Numbered from the stretch's first letter, positions 23,258 through 33,350 are shown. The stretch is DNA of 64,000 bases from an uncultured delta proteobacterium (GCA_963767925.1 CAVYGB010000001.1:96001-160000), one strand, 5' to 3'. Notes: generated from the letters alone by a model not told the origin. Made by a program: numbers and translations.

Positions 23258-23989
23258 TCAGAAGTAGTAAGAGGCGAGGACGTGCAATCCGATGAAGGCG
23301 ATCACCGGCCAGAACAGCAGGACGTGCAGCCGGCGGCCGATCTTGAGCCCCCGGTGGACGGGGGGGCTGCCCCCCATGGCGAGCGAGCAGTAGGCGCCGA
23401 GCACGCACAGCGCGAGAAAGAGGATCGACAGCCAGAGGTTCAGGTTGGCCCCCAGCCGCAGCCCCGTGTGCGAGACGAGCCCGGCGATGGCCAGGGTGCC
23501 CACCAGGGCGTGCACGGTTCGCCACAGCCAGAGCTGCTTGCTGCCGGCGCGCAGCTTGCGGGCCAGCGGCAGAAGCATGCCGATCACGAGCAGCCCCACC
23601 ATGGCGAAGCCGGTGATCTGCTGCTCGAGCGGTCGGCGCAGGAAGAACGCCCACTGGGTCAGCCAGTTGGGCTGGTAGATTTGCAGCAGCTCGCGGCCGC
23701 CGGCCGTGACCGCCACCAGGAGCAGCCCGAGGAGCCCCATCGCGCCCATCGCGCGATGACCGCGGGACCGGGTGGGCTTGCCGGTGGCGGCGCTCGGCTC
23801 GCGCTGGGCGGTGCGGGTTTGCCCTGGGCGCGCGGCGATCCTGATCCCGGACGCAGCCGTCGCCAGGGTCGGAACCGATTTGGTGGGGTTCGCCGACAAG
23901 GACACCTCTACCCGCTGAATCCGTCCCTTTTTCAAAGCCGGACGGGCTCGTTTCTTCGTCGATCGTGGAACGACAGGTACGCGTCGCAC
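23258..23989 (-). CDS. Polytopic membrane protein with His-bearing helices (cytochrome b-like); start uncertain, possibly about 23750
   Basis: WRTVHALVG, SHTGLRLGANLN, RLHVLLFWP and GLHVLASYYF motifs; ends 7 bp before the cytochrome start. Confidence 0.65.
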   Translation of the reverse strand: MRRVPVVPRSTKKRARPALKKGRIQRVEVSLSANPTKSVPTLATAASGIRIAARPGQTRTAQREPSAATGKPTRSRGHRAMGAMGLLGLLLVAVTAGGRELLQIYQPNWLTQWAFFLRRPLEQQITGFAMVGLLVIGMLLPLARKLRAGSKQLWLWRTVHALVGTLAIAGLVSHTGLRLGANLNLWLSILFLALCVLGAYCSLAMGGSPPVHRGLKIGRRLHVLLFWPVIAFIGLHVLASYYF

Positions 23990-24241
23990 GCACTCCCCCT
24001 TGCCCTCATACCCCCGAGTACCGTTGCCAAAAACTTACCGTTCCCGGCGGCCAAGTCAACGAGCGACCGGAGCCTTCTCCGACGGACAGTGCCCTGAGAA
24101 CCCTGATGCGAGGGCGGTGCGTGGAGGTGGATCGCGAAGGTGCGCGAAGCATTTCTCCGACGGAGAAGCCTCAGCCCCTGATACGGCGAGGGAGCATTCG
24201 CGTGGGATCGCGCGCGGCAGGCAGCTTCGATCGGCGGCGCA

Positions 24242-24343
24242 GCGCTGAGGCCCTGAGGCGTCAGGCGCGCGGCGCTGGATGTGGTCGCTGTCCGAAGATG
24301 TAGTCATCCACAGACAACGCGCGCTGAGGCCCTGAGGCGTCAG
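24242..24343. repeat. 23-bp direct repeat, 2 copies
   Basis: GCGCTGAGGCCCTGAGGCGTCAG at 24242 and 24321. Confidence 0.8.
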
Positions 24344-24514
24344 CCCGCCGGCGCGCCCCGCCGTCGCTACGCACGCCCAGCGATCGGCGAGGTGCGCACG
24401 GCGCGCGGGGCGATCCGCGCTGAGTGGGGGCGGCTGGGACGGGGAGCAGAGTCCGGGGCCGGACGGCTGCTTGCTTCATTGCTGGTACGCCTCCGCTGGC
24501 GGGGCCGCGGCCGA

Positions 24515-25297
24515 TCACACCGGGTGGGGGGAAGGGGTGGTCTCGGGGTTGGTGGTGCCGGGGAGGTCGAAGGGGCTCTTCAGGGTGCTCCGGCGCAGAG
24601 AGGCGGGCGGCAGGGAGCGGCGGTCGGTCACGTCGACGGACATGCCGAGGATGCCGATGACGGCGCCGCGATCGTCGCGCAGGGGGACCTTGCTGACCAG
24701 CAGGGAATGGGGGCCGTCGGGGCGCTGCTGGATCTCTTCCAGGTTGTGGACGGGCTCACCCGACTCCATCACCCGGCGGTCGACCGAGAGGGAGCGGTCG
24801 GCCTCTTCCCGGGTCGAGCAGAGGTCGTGGGGACTCTTGCCCACGAGCTGATCGAGCGAGGCCAGGCCGAGGGCGCGCAGCTGGTTGTGGTTGGCGCCGA
24901 GATAGACGCCGTTGCGGTCGCGCCAGAACACGCAGTAGGGCAGCCCGTCCACCGTCAGCCGCACCACCGCGCGCTGCCGTTCGAGATCGTTGATCGTCTT
25001 CTCGTGGCCGAGGATCTCCTCGGCCAGGCGATCTTCCATCTCGGTCAGGGCCCGGTCGAGCTCGGCTCGTTCGAGGCTGGCGGCCTGGGCACGCGCCTCG
25101 GCGCGCTCGAGGGCCTCCAGCAGGGCGTTGCTGGCAGCGGCCAGCTCGCGCAGCGACGTCTCCTCGAAGGGGCCGCGGATGCGCCCGAGCGGGCGGCGAC
25201 CCAGGATGCCCCGGAGCTGCGCGCTGAGGGAGGTAACCGCCTGATCGAGTGGGACCGCCGGATTCGCGCGACCGCCACGACCAGGTGGGTTGCCCAT
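24515..25297 (-). CDS. Coiled-coil + PAS/PAC protein with no output domain
   Basis: LPYCVFWRDRNGVYLGAN, LVGKSPHDL and KVPLRDDRGAVIGILGMSVDVTDR motifs. Confidence 0.75.
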   Translation of the reverse strand: MGNPPGRGGRANPAVPLDQAVTSLSAQLRGILGRRPLGRIRGPFEETSLRELAAASNALLEALERAEARAQAASLERAELDRALTEMEDRLAEEILGHEKTINDLERQRAVVRLTVDGLPYCVFWRDRNGVYLGANHNQLRALGLASLDQLVGKSPHDLCSTREEADRSLSVDRRVMESGEPVHNLEEIQQRPDGPHSLLVSKVPLRDDRGAVIGILGMSVDVTDRRSLPPASLRRSTLKSPFDLPGTTNPETTPSPHPV

Positions 25298-25622
25298 GGC
25301 TCGACATGATGGCACGCCCCGCCACGCCGGTAGCGACGATCGTCGGGCGCGAAGGCGCGTCGGCGACGGGGGCTGGCGATCGCGGGCCCGCAGCGCAGAG
25401 TGGATGTGATGGAGGCCCCGATCGGACGGATTTGTCCTGGCCGCAACCGACAGTGTGGATGTGGATGTGGATGCGGATGTGGACGCCAGCCAGTCCCCTG
25501 GAACGCATCAGGCGGCCGCTGTCGGTGCCCGGCTCGCCCCCCTACTTCTTCCACTGACCGGGGAACCCCGAAGGGCGCCGACCTTGCCCCTATGTGTCAG
25601 ATGGCGCTATGCTTGGAGCCAG

Positions 25623-26051
25623 ATGGCACTGAGGAGCGCTGTCGATTTTCTCGGTGGCAGGCGTGTCATGGGCCATCGTGTCGAGGAGGTTCAGATCCGG
25701 GACGCTGTGCGGAAGGGCCTGCCCTACGCGGCGCTGGACGCTCTGGCGGAGGCGCTGGCCATGGGGCAAGGCGATCTCACTGACGTCGTGGGGCTCTCCC
25801 GGCGCACGACTGTGCGTCGCCGGAGTGAGGGCCAGCTCTCGCCCATCGAGTCGGACCGGCTGTACCGGGTGGCCCACATCGCGGAGTTGGCGGTCGAGAC
25901 CTTCGGCGGGTTGCGGGAGGCCCGCCTCTGGCTGAGCCGTCCGAACCGAGCGCTGGGCGGTGAGGTTCCGCTGCAGATGCTCGATACCGGGATCGGCGAG
26001 CAGCAGGTGAAAGAGGTTCTGCTGCGCCTCGGCCATGGGATCCATAGCTGA
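25623..26051 (+). CDS. Antitoxin, Xre/MbcA/ParS family
   Basis: VRKGLP, LSPIESDRLYR and ARLWLSRPNRALGGEVPLQML motifs. Confidence 0.9.
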   Translation: MALRSAVDFLGGRRVMGHRVEEVQIRDAVRKGLPYAALDALAEALAMGQGDLTDVVGLSRRTTVRRRSEGQLSPIESDRLYRVAHIAELAVETFGGLREARLWLSRPNRALGGEVPLQMLDTGIGEQQVKEVLLRLGHGIHS

Positions 26052-26510
26052 GTGCAGGTGTGGCGCATCCTGCGGCGACGGTACCTGCGCGAAGCGCTCA
26101 GCGGCCGCGGAGGCCTTGCCGTGGCAGGCCGCTGGCACAGCCGGGGCCGCCTCATTGTCTACGCATCGGAGTCACTGTCGCTGTCCGCGCTCGAGGTGCT
26201 GGTTCACACGGAGCCCGATGTGGTGCCGCCCGACCTGATGTCCGTGGTGATCAACATCCCCGACGACATCCGCATATCCACCATGCACCTCCGGACGCTG
26301 CCCGTCCGATGGCGGGGCCATCCAGCGCTCCGCTCGCTTCAGGTGCTGGGCAACCGGTGGCTAGACGCCCGCCGGACGGCGATTCTCCAGGTGCCGTCGG
26401 CCGTCATTCCCGGTGAGCGCAACTACCTGATCAATCCCTCCCACCCCGACGCCGGGCGCATCCGCGTCGTCGGTGCTGCGCGTTTCGCCTTCGACTCACG
26501 GTTGATCTAG
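26052..26510 (+). CDS. RES-domain toxin (NAD+-targeting family)
   Basis: VWRI, GRWHSRG..VYASES..ALEVLVH and VPSAVIPGERNYLINPSHP motifs; abuts the antitoxin stop. Confidence 0.92.
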   Translation: MQVWRILRRRYLREALSGRGGLAVAGRWHSRGRLIVYASESLSLSALEVLVHTEPDVVPPDLMSVVINIPDDIRISTMHLRTLPVRWRGHPALRSLQVLGNRWLDARRTAILQVPSAVIPGERNYLINPSHPDAGRIRVVGAARFAFDSRLI

Positions 26511-29500
26511 GTCGCCGACGCCATCTGCGCGCCGGCGTCAGCGAGGTGGGGGGACTCGTCTTGCAGGAGGAAGCCGGCGGCGGCGAGCTGGGGGCGCAAG
26601 GTCGTGGCGTCGCCGACGATGGCCAGGACCTCGCGGTCCTGGCAGGGTTGCAGCAGGGTGGCGACGGCGGGGGGGGTGGTGGCGGCGAGGTTGGTGGGGT
26701 AGTCGTCCCAGACGGTGAGGGGCCAGCGGTGGTGGAAGGCGCTGCGGATGGCGCTGGCCTGCACCGAGGCGAGGGCGAAGCGGCTCATGAAGGTGCGGCC
26801 CACTTCCCAGCGGGCGTCGGCGAAGCTTGCGGGGTCCAGGGCGCCGCGGCCGATCTCGCCGATGACGGCCAGCAGGTGGGTCAAGGCGCGCGCGACGGCG
26901 GGGTTCTCCACGGTGCCGCCGAGCTGCAGGTGGGCGGCGTTGCCGGGCATCACCACCACCCGGGCGTGCAGGCCGTAGCTGGCGCCCCAGCTCGCGCGCA
27001 CGCTCCAGGCGCGCTCGCCGGCCAGCTCCTCCAGCACATCGTAGGCCGGGCGCCGCTCGGGGGCGGCGTCGGCCAGGCGGCAGCCGAGCGATAGGCTGGC
27101 CTGGGTGGCGCCGGGGCGATCCACCAGGTAGGCGGCGCGGTGGGTGGGACCGGCGGGCGCGGGGGGCGCGGCCATCGGCAGGGCGGGTGGGCCGGCGGCG
27201 GTCCAGGCGCCGAGGTAGCGATCAGCGAGCGCTTTTACCGCCGCCGGCTCGACGTCGCCGTGGACCACGACGACGGCGTTGTCGGGGCGGAAGTGGGCCT
27301 GCACGAAGGCGCGGGTCTCGCTGGCCGGCGCTCCGGCCAGGGCCAGGGGGTCGACGTAGCCCGCCTCGCCGAAGGGGTGCCCGGGGTAGAGCGCGCCCCA
27401 CAGGCGCTGGCCGGCGGCGAACTCGGGGCGGCGGCTGGCCCGGCGCCAGTGCTGGCTCTCGTCGCGCAGCCGGCTGCCGAGCAGGAGCAGGGCCTCGTCG
27501 TCGAGCTCGCGGCAGCGGACGCTGTCGGACAGGACGGCCAGGCCGTTGGCCAGGTTGCCGGAGAAGACGCGCACGAAGGTCTCCGATTCGGTGAGCCCCT
27601 GCAGCCCCAGCATGCGGCCGCCCACCGGCTGCAGGCTGCCGTGGGTCCGACAGCGGGAGGGGTGCAGATCTGCGGCCAGGCGGGCCAGACCGACCGGCCG
27701 CAGGCTGGCGTCGCCGCCGCGCAGGCCGAGCTCGATCTGGGCGATGGGGGCGGCGGGGCGGGGGATGAGGTGCAGCTCGAGGCCGTTGGCCAGCCGGAAG
27801 TGGGGCAGCCGGGCAAGGCCGGGCGAGGGGACCGTCTGGCGGATGCGGGCGCCGTCGAGCGCCTCGGCGGGGGCGCCGGTGCGGGCGGGGATGGCGGCGG
27901 GGTCGCCCAGCAGGTGGGGCGCGGGGTGGAGGGGCTCGGAGGGGGCGGCGGTCCCGCTCGACACGCCGGGGATTTGGCTGCTCTCCGGCTCGAGGTAGAT
28001 CGCCACCGCCCGGTCGCGCCCCAAAAAGTCGATCCCGAGGTCGCGCACGCGCGCCGGCTTGATCGCGGTCAGCGCCCGGAAGTTGTCGAGATAAAACGTG
28101 GCGCGGCCGGTGGCGGCCAGGTGCTCGGCCAGCGCCAGGGCGCGGGTCAGCGGCTCGACCGAGGTGGCCAGCAGGTCGGTGGCGGCGTACCAGCGGCTCG
28201 TCGCGGTCTCGGCCAGGCGCTCGCCGGTCCAGGCCTCGCCGAGGATGTCGAGCAGACGGGTGCGGGCCCAGGCCGGGTCCGACCCGGGCCGCAGGGAGGC
28301 CTGCAGCAGGATCACCGAGGCGTGTTGCAGCTCGAGGCTCTGGGCGTCGACCCGCTCGATGTCGCGATCGCGGACCGGATCGAGCGCGGCGGCGAGGGCC
28401 TGGTCGAGGCGGGCGGTGGTCAGGCGCAGCAGGGCGCCGTCGTCGCGGGGGCCGGGCGGCAGCGACCAGGCCAGCAGCAACTCCGGCTGCACGAGGGGGC
28501 CCCGGTGCCGTTGCAGGGCGCGCTGGTGGGGGGGCATCGCGGGGGAGGACGTGCGCGCGCGCAGCGGCGGTCGCGGCTCGCTGGCCGGGCCTTCGGGGCC
28601 GCGGGGGCCGAACAGGACCTCCGCCGGCCAGACCCCGACCAGGCGGCTCACCTCGGCGGGGCCGACGTCGCCGGCGATGACCAGGGTGAAGTTGTCGGGG
28701 CGGTAGTGGCGGGCGACGAAGGCGCGCGCGTCGGCGGCGGTGGCCGCGTCGAGGGAGGCGTCGGTGCCGCTCACCGGTCGGGCCAGCGGGTGACCGGGCG
28801 GGAAGAGGGCCTGCAGCACCAGCTCGAGCCCGCGCTGGCCGACGGTGGTGTCGCTCCGTTGCCGGCGCTCGTTGCGCACGACGCCCTTCTCGGCGGCGAA
28901 CACCTCGGGCGAGACGCCCTCCAGGGTGCGGGCCAGGCGCCAGCCCTCGAGCTCCATCAGGCGGGGGAGCTGGTCCCGGTGGGCGATCGAGTGATAGACG
29001 GTGCGGTCGCTCGTCGTGTAGGCGTTGAAGGTGGCGCCCATGCGCTGCAGGTGATCCCAGAGCTGCGGTCCGCCCCCCGGCCGGGAGCGGAAGGCCAGGT
29101 GCTCGACCAGGTGGGCCAGCCCCTCCCGCCCGGGCGGATCGGCGGTGCCGCCCGCGCCGAACACCGCCACCGCGGTCACGATGGGGGCGCTGCGGTCCTC
29201 GATCACGAGGACGCGCGCTCCGCTGGGCAGCGGCACCAGCCAGTGCGGGTGCTCCTGCGGCCCGATCACCGGTGAATCCGGCAACCCGGTGGCGCAGGCG
29301 CCGGCGAGCAGCAGGGCGGCCAGGATCGGTGCGGGCGCCCGGCGGGGGCGATCGCGATAGGGGGCGGCTGCCCGGCGGGGACGATCGCGATCGCTTGCGG
29401 GTGCCCGGCGGGCGTGCTCGCGATCGGTGGCGGGTGCTCGGCGGGCGTGCCCGCAATCCGTGGCGGGTGCCTGGCGGGCGTGGTCGCGATCGGTGGCGAC

Positions 29501-29551
29501 GGGGGTCGGGAGGCGCGCGGAGGGGGCGGTCCGCGGGGCCGCGGGGGTCAT
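26507..29551 (-). CDS. M16 (insulinase-family) zinc peptidase lipoprotein
   Basis: GLAHLVEHL (HxxEH), FNAYT and EKGVVRNERR motifs; lipobox LAGAC; second, degenerate M16 half. Confidence 0.88.
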   Translation of the reverse strand: MTPAAPRTAPSARLPTPVATDRDHARQAPATDCGHARRAPATDREHARRAPASDRDRPRRAAAPYRDRPRRAPAPILAALLLAGACATGLPDSPVIGPQEHPHWLVPLPSGARVLVIEDRSAPIVTAVAVFGAGGTADPPGREGLAHLVEHLAFRSRPGGGPQLWDHLQRMGATFNAYTTSDRTVYHSIAHRDQLPRLMELEGWRLARTLEGVSPEVFAAEKGVVRNERRQRSDTTVGQRGLELVLQALFPPGHPLARPVSGTDASLDAATAADARAFVARHYRPDNFTLVIAGDVGPAEVSRLVGVWPAEVLFGPRGPEGPASEPRPPLRARTSSPAMPPHQRALQRHRGPLVQPELLLAWSLPPGPRDDGALLRLTTARLDQALAAALDPVRDRDIERVDAQSLELQHASVILLQASLRPGSDPAWARTRLLDILGEAWTGERLAETATSRWYAATDLLATSVEPLTRALALAEHLAATGRATFYLDNFRALTAIKPARVRDLGIDFLGRDRAVAIYLEPESSQIPGVSSGTAAPSEPLHPAPHLLGDPAAIPARTGAPAEALDGARIRQTVPSPGLARLPHFRLANGLELHLIPRPAAPIAQIELGLRGGDASLRPVGLARLAADLHPSRCRTHGSLQPVGGRMLGLQGLTESETFVRVFSGNLANGLAVLSDSVRCRELDDEALLLLGSRLRDESQHWRRASRRPEFAAGQRLWGALYPGHPFGEAGYVDPLALAGAPASETRAFVQAHFRPDNAVVVVHGDVEPAAVKALADRYLGAWTAAGPPALPMAAPPAPAGPTHRAAYLVDRPGATQASLSLGCRLADAAPERRPAYDVLEELAGERAWSVRASWGASYGLHARVVVMPGNAAHLQLGGTVENPAVARALTHLLAVIGEIGRGALDPASFADARWEVGRTFMSRFALASVQASAIRSAFHHRWPLTVWDDYPTNLAATTPPAVATLLQPCQDREVLAIVGDATTLRPQLAAAGFLLQDESPHLADAGAQMASAT
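29331..29500 (-). repeat. About five imperfect 33-bp tandem repeats encoding (APATDRDHARR)-like units
   Basis: ATDRDHARQAP-ATDCGHARRAP-ATDREHARRAP-ASDRDRPRRAA-APYRDRPRRAP. Confidence 0.85.
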
Positions 29552-30069
29552 GGCCGGCGGGCCCGCGCGCGGTCCCTGTCGATGGCGTCGGGGGTGGTTC
29601 CTCGGGCAGGTGGGCGCGCGACCTTCGTCGCCGGGGTGCGGATCGACGGCTGCATCGGTCGGGTGGAGGTGCTGCTGGACGATGAAGCGGGGCTGGTCAC
29701 GGGGCTCGTGGCCGGGCCGGCGCTTCCGCGGCGGGCGCCGGTGTCCTCGATCCGTTCGGTGCCCTTCTCACCGGTCACCTGCGCGCACTCGGCGCCTGGC
29801 TGGTCGGGGTCGGGGCGCTCGCCGGGCAGGTCGTGGTTGAAGAACGCGCCGCGTGTGCGGCAGATGAGGGTCACGTCGGGGCGGGTGCGCACGGTGATGG
29901 TGATGCGCATCTCGGACGTCACGGCGGGCGCGGGGACGCCATCGGCCGTGGCGGGCAGGCGGGTCGCGGGGCGATCGAGGTTCTGCAACACGCCGCCCAG
30001 CGAGGTGGGGATGGCCCAGCGGCCAGCCCAGGGCGTGTTGAGCATCAATAGCAGGAGCAGGGATTTCAC
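29548..30069 (-). CDS. Hypothetical secreted protein
   Basis: GGAGGA RBS before GTG at 30069; MKSLLLLLML signal-like start; ATGA overlap with the peptidase. Confidence 0.5.
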   Translation of the reverse strand: MKSLLLLLMLNTPWAGRWAIPTSLGGVLQNLDRPATRLPATADGVPAPAVTSEMRITITVRTRPDVTLICRTRGAFFNHDLPGERPDPDQPGAECAQVTGEKGTERIEDTGARRGSAGPATSPVTSPASSSSSTSTRPMQPSIRTPATKVARPPARGTTPDAIDRDRARARRP

Positions 30070-30615
30070 GATTCCTCCAGAAGGTCCGGCGGTCCGGCGG
30101 AACATCCGCACGGCATCACCGAAACAGAGACGTCGGTCGAGGCAACGACGTGAACAGGTCGTTGCCGGAAAAGGAACAGGGGTTGCCAGGCTTCCCGTGT
30201 GAAACGGAAATGAAGCTCAGCGGTATTGGCCGCCAGAAAACGGCCGGTGCAGGCTCTCGCTCGGTCCTGGATCTCCTTGGATCACCAGGCGATGGGACAG
30301 CGATGATAAGGAGCTGGATGCGCTGGCTTCGACCAGGCCTGTCGGGGCTTGAGCGCGATCGAGAGGGTCGTGACAACCCCGAGGATCCCGGTCATTTCCG
30401 ATGCCTGTATGTCGATGTCGCCAGAACGCATGTCAATTCTCCCTCCTGCAGAGGCAAACGTACGACAAAGGCTTTCTTCTCACGAGGGCAATTTGGCGAC
30501 TAATCCGCATGAAGGCGTGATGGTCCGTACAATTCCCGGTGACTCGGGAGAAACGGGCCCGGATCATTTTCCGCAGTTTCCGGCCTGAAATGGCGGAGCC
30601 CGCTCGGTTTCAGGA

Positions 30616-30745
30616 TGAATTCGCCAGCTCGACACCGCCGCGGGTGACCTTGGTCCCGGCGATCTCCTTCAGCGGGTGGGTGAATCCGACGGCTCGACAC
30701 CGTCGAGGGTGACCTTGGTGCTGGCGATCTCCTTCAGCGGGTAGA
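30616..30745. repeat. Imperfect tandem duplication, 65-bp period, 2 copies
   Basis: GCTCGACACCG..GGGTGACCTTGGT...GGCGATCTCCTTCAGCGGGT at 30627 and 30692. Confidence 0.8.
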
Positions 30746-30809
30746 CGCAGGTCGGTCCCGTGCCGGTCAACATGCAGCGCCGCGCGGGTGGTGTTTTCGA
30801 GTCTTCGCC

Positions 30810-31502
30810 GCCCTCGGCAAGCGCATCCGCCTCGGCAAGCTCACCCAGGAGTTTCCCTGGGCCACCATCGTCGGCATCGTCGGCGACGTGCGGGGGCGCT
30901 ATGGCCTCGACCGCCCGCCCCGGCCGGAGATGTACCGGCCGGCGGCCCAGATCGGCGGAGCGTCCGCGCTGGCGGTCGTCGTGCGCACCCAGGGGGACCC
31001 CACCTTGTCGCTGGGCGCGGTGCGGGCCGCGATGGCCGAGCTCGACCCGGGCCAGCCGATCTTCGGCCTGCAGACCGTCGAGCAGCTCGTCGCCACCTCG
31101 CTGGGGCAGCGCCGGTTCACGCTCACCCTGCTGCTGGTGTTCGGCGTGCTGACCCTCGCCCTGGCGGCGGTCGGCATCTACGGCGTGATGGCCTACACGG
31201 TCGCGCAGCGCACCCGCGAGATCGGCATCCGGGTGGCGCTCGGCGCCCGCCCCGCCGACGTGCTCGGCATGGTGATCCGCAACGGTATGACCCTTGTCGC
31301 CATCGGCTCCGCCATCGGCACGGTGGGCGCCCTGGCGGCGACGCGCGCCGCCTCGTCCCTCCTGTACGGCATCTCCAGCACCGACGCGGCCACCTACGCC
31401 GGCATCGCCGCGGTGCTGGCGGCGGTCGCCCTGCTCGCCACCGTGTTGCCGGCCCGCCGCGCGATGAAGGTCGACCCGATGCGCGCGCTCCGCACCGAAT
31501 AG
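30810..31502 (+). pseudogene. C-terminal fragment of a MacB/FtsX-type (ADOP) ABC permease
   Basis: LGKRIRLG..WATIVGIVGDVR, GIYGVMAYTVAQRTREIGIRVALGA and PARRAMKVDPMRALRTE; the N-terminal majority is missing. Confidence 0.8.
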
Positions 31503-31564
31503 CCGCGGCGGCGAGCCGGTGACACTTCCTCCCCCCGCCGGTGTTGACCGAGGGAGGAGTCACC

Positions 31565-32170
31565 ATGCCCGTCCCCGCGCTCGAGGCGCCCCCTGCGCCT
31601 CGCTCTGCCCTCGTCCCCCGCGATCTCGTCCGCCGACTGGGATCGTCGCCCTTCAACTACTGGTTCGGCTACCTGGCCAACGCCGGCCTCATCGTCGGGC
31701 TGGCCGCCCAGGCCCGGGCCGGCGGCACCTTGTTGCTATCGCCGCTGGCGCTGGTGGCGCTGGCCATCGGCGGGATCTTCACCTGGACCCTCGCCGAATA
31801 CCTGCTGCACCGGTACGTGTACCACGAGCTCCCCTCGTTCCTGCGCGTCGGGCACGGGCTGCACCACGCCACCCCGCGCGCGCAGATCGGCGTCCCCTGG
31901 TGGCTGACGAGCATGATCGTCCTGGGGGTGTTTTTTCTCGTCAGCCGGGTGCTGGATCCCGCCGCGGTCGGCGTGTTCCTGGCGGCCACCTGGCTGGGCT
32001 ACGTGCTCTATTGCATCGCCCACCACGGCAGCCACCGCTGGCGCCTGCGCAACCGCTGGTTCCGCAACATGCGCCGCCGCCACCTCATCCACCACGGTCG
32101 CCCGGATCGCAACCTGGGGTTCACCACCGCCCTGTGGGACCGGGTGTTCGGGACGTATCACGATCCCTGA
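31565..32170 (+). CDS. Sterol desaturase / fatty-acid hydroxylase family protein
   Basis: His boxes EYLLHRYVYH, HGLHH, HHGSH and HLIHH; NLGFTTALWDRVFGT. Confidence 0.9.
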   Translation: MPVPALEAPPAPRSALVPRDLVRRLGSSPFNYWFGYLANAGLIVGLAAQARAGGTLLLSPLALVALAIGGIFTWTLAEYLLHRYVYHELPSFLRVGHGLHHATPRAQIGVPWWLTSMIVLGVFFLVSRVLDPAAVGVFLAATWLGYVLYCIAHHGSHRWRLRNRWFRNMRRRHLIHHGRPDRNLGFTTALWDRVFGTYHDP

Positions 32171-32450
32171 GCGATCGTCGATCCCGGAGCGCGATCTCGG
32201 CGCGACGCCAACGCCCGCTCACCCGAGAGCGCTCCGCCGTTCCTCGATGCTCCTTCGAGGCCGGGTGGTTCGGCGACGTTACGCAAGGCGCCCCGGCACG
32301 CTCGAGACCGGCCTGAGAAGCCTCTCAGGCCCCGGCGATGCGCCGCGTTTCCCGCGGTCTCGAGCCCACATCGGCTCAGGCAACGACCTGAACCTGCCGA
32401 TTGGACCGGGCGTGCGGGAGGGCTACCCAGGCGGGCCTACGTGGCTGCCG

Positions 32451-33350
32451 ATGTCTGCGCTGATCGCGCTGACCGCGGCCTGCACCACCCCCAACCCGAG
32501 CTACGTCGGCGTCGAAGGCCCGCCGGCGCCCGACGCCGCCGCGCACGACAGCGGGCCCGGGGTGCCGGCGCCCGACGCCGCCGCCCCCGACGGACCGATC
32601 GCGCGTGACGGACCCGCCGAGCTGGCGCTGCCCGACGGGCCGCCGCCGCCGAATCCGGACGTCCCCGCCGACGCGCCGACGGACGCGCCCGCCGACTTGC
32701 CGCCGGCCGCCGACCTGCTGCCCACCGCCGGCCTGGTGGCGCACTGGCCGCTCGATGAGGGCACCGGCGTCGCGACCGCCGATCGCTCGGGCAACGCCAA
32801 CGACGGCAGCTTGATCAACGGCCCCACCTGGCTGGCCGCCGGCGCGCCGCTGGCCGGGGGCGCGATGGCCCTGCGCCTCGACGGCAGCGACGACTACGTC
32901 GACCTGGAGGTCCGGACCTTGCCGCGCGCCGAAGCCAGCCAGACCATCGCGGTCTGGTTCCGCAACGCCGCCGACAGCCCGCGGCTGCGCAACCTTGTCT
33001 CGCTCTTCAACGATGACGAGAGCACCGGCGTCCACCTGGGGTTCGACGGGGCCAAGGTGGCGGCCTGGCGCTTCGGCGACGTCGAGCCGGTGGTTGTCTC
33101 GCCCGGAGAGCCCGACGGCGACTGGCACCACCTGGCCTACACCTGGAACGGCACCACCCACCGCCTCTACCTCGACGGCGCCCAGGTCGACAGCGGCTCC
33201 GGCGCCGTCGACCCCGGCCCGGTCGAGACCGCCCGCTTCGGCACCTGGGATCTCCCCGAGGAAGTCTTCGGCGGCGACCTCGACGAGGTCCGCGTCTACG
33301 CCCGCGCCCTCTCCGCCGCCGAGATCACCGCCCTCGCCGGCCGCCCCTGA
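32451..33350 (+). CDS. LamG-like jelly-roll domain lipoprotein
   Basis: Lipobox TAAC-TTPNP; PDAA linker; LVAHWPLDEG, WHHLAYTW and GDLDEVRVYARAL motifs. Confidence 0.85.
   Translation: MSALIALTAACTTPNPSYVGVEGPPAPDAAAHDSGPGVPAPDAAAPDGPIARDGPAELALPDGPPPPNPDVPADAPTDAPADLPPAADLLPTAGLVAHWPLDEGTGVATADRSGNANDGSLINGPTWLAAGAPLAGGAMALRLDGSDDYVDLEVRTLPRAEASQTIAVWFRNAADSPRLRNLVSLFNDDESTGVHLGFDGAKVAAWRFGDVEPVVVSPGEPDGDWHHLAYTWNGTTHRLYLDGAQVDSGSGAVDPGPVETARFGTWDLPEEVFGGDLDEVRVYARALSAAEITALAGRP

Noticed and set aside
24242..24343. Possible mini-CRISPR (two 23-bp repeats)
   Set aside because: Only two copies, a 56-bp spacer, no leader and no cas genes
25454..25483. (GTGGAT)n hexamer run upstream of the TA pair as a phase-variation tract
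   Set aside because: Only about five imperfect units, upstream of the likely start at 25623; no evidence of function
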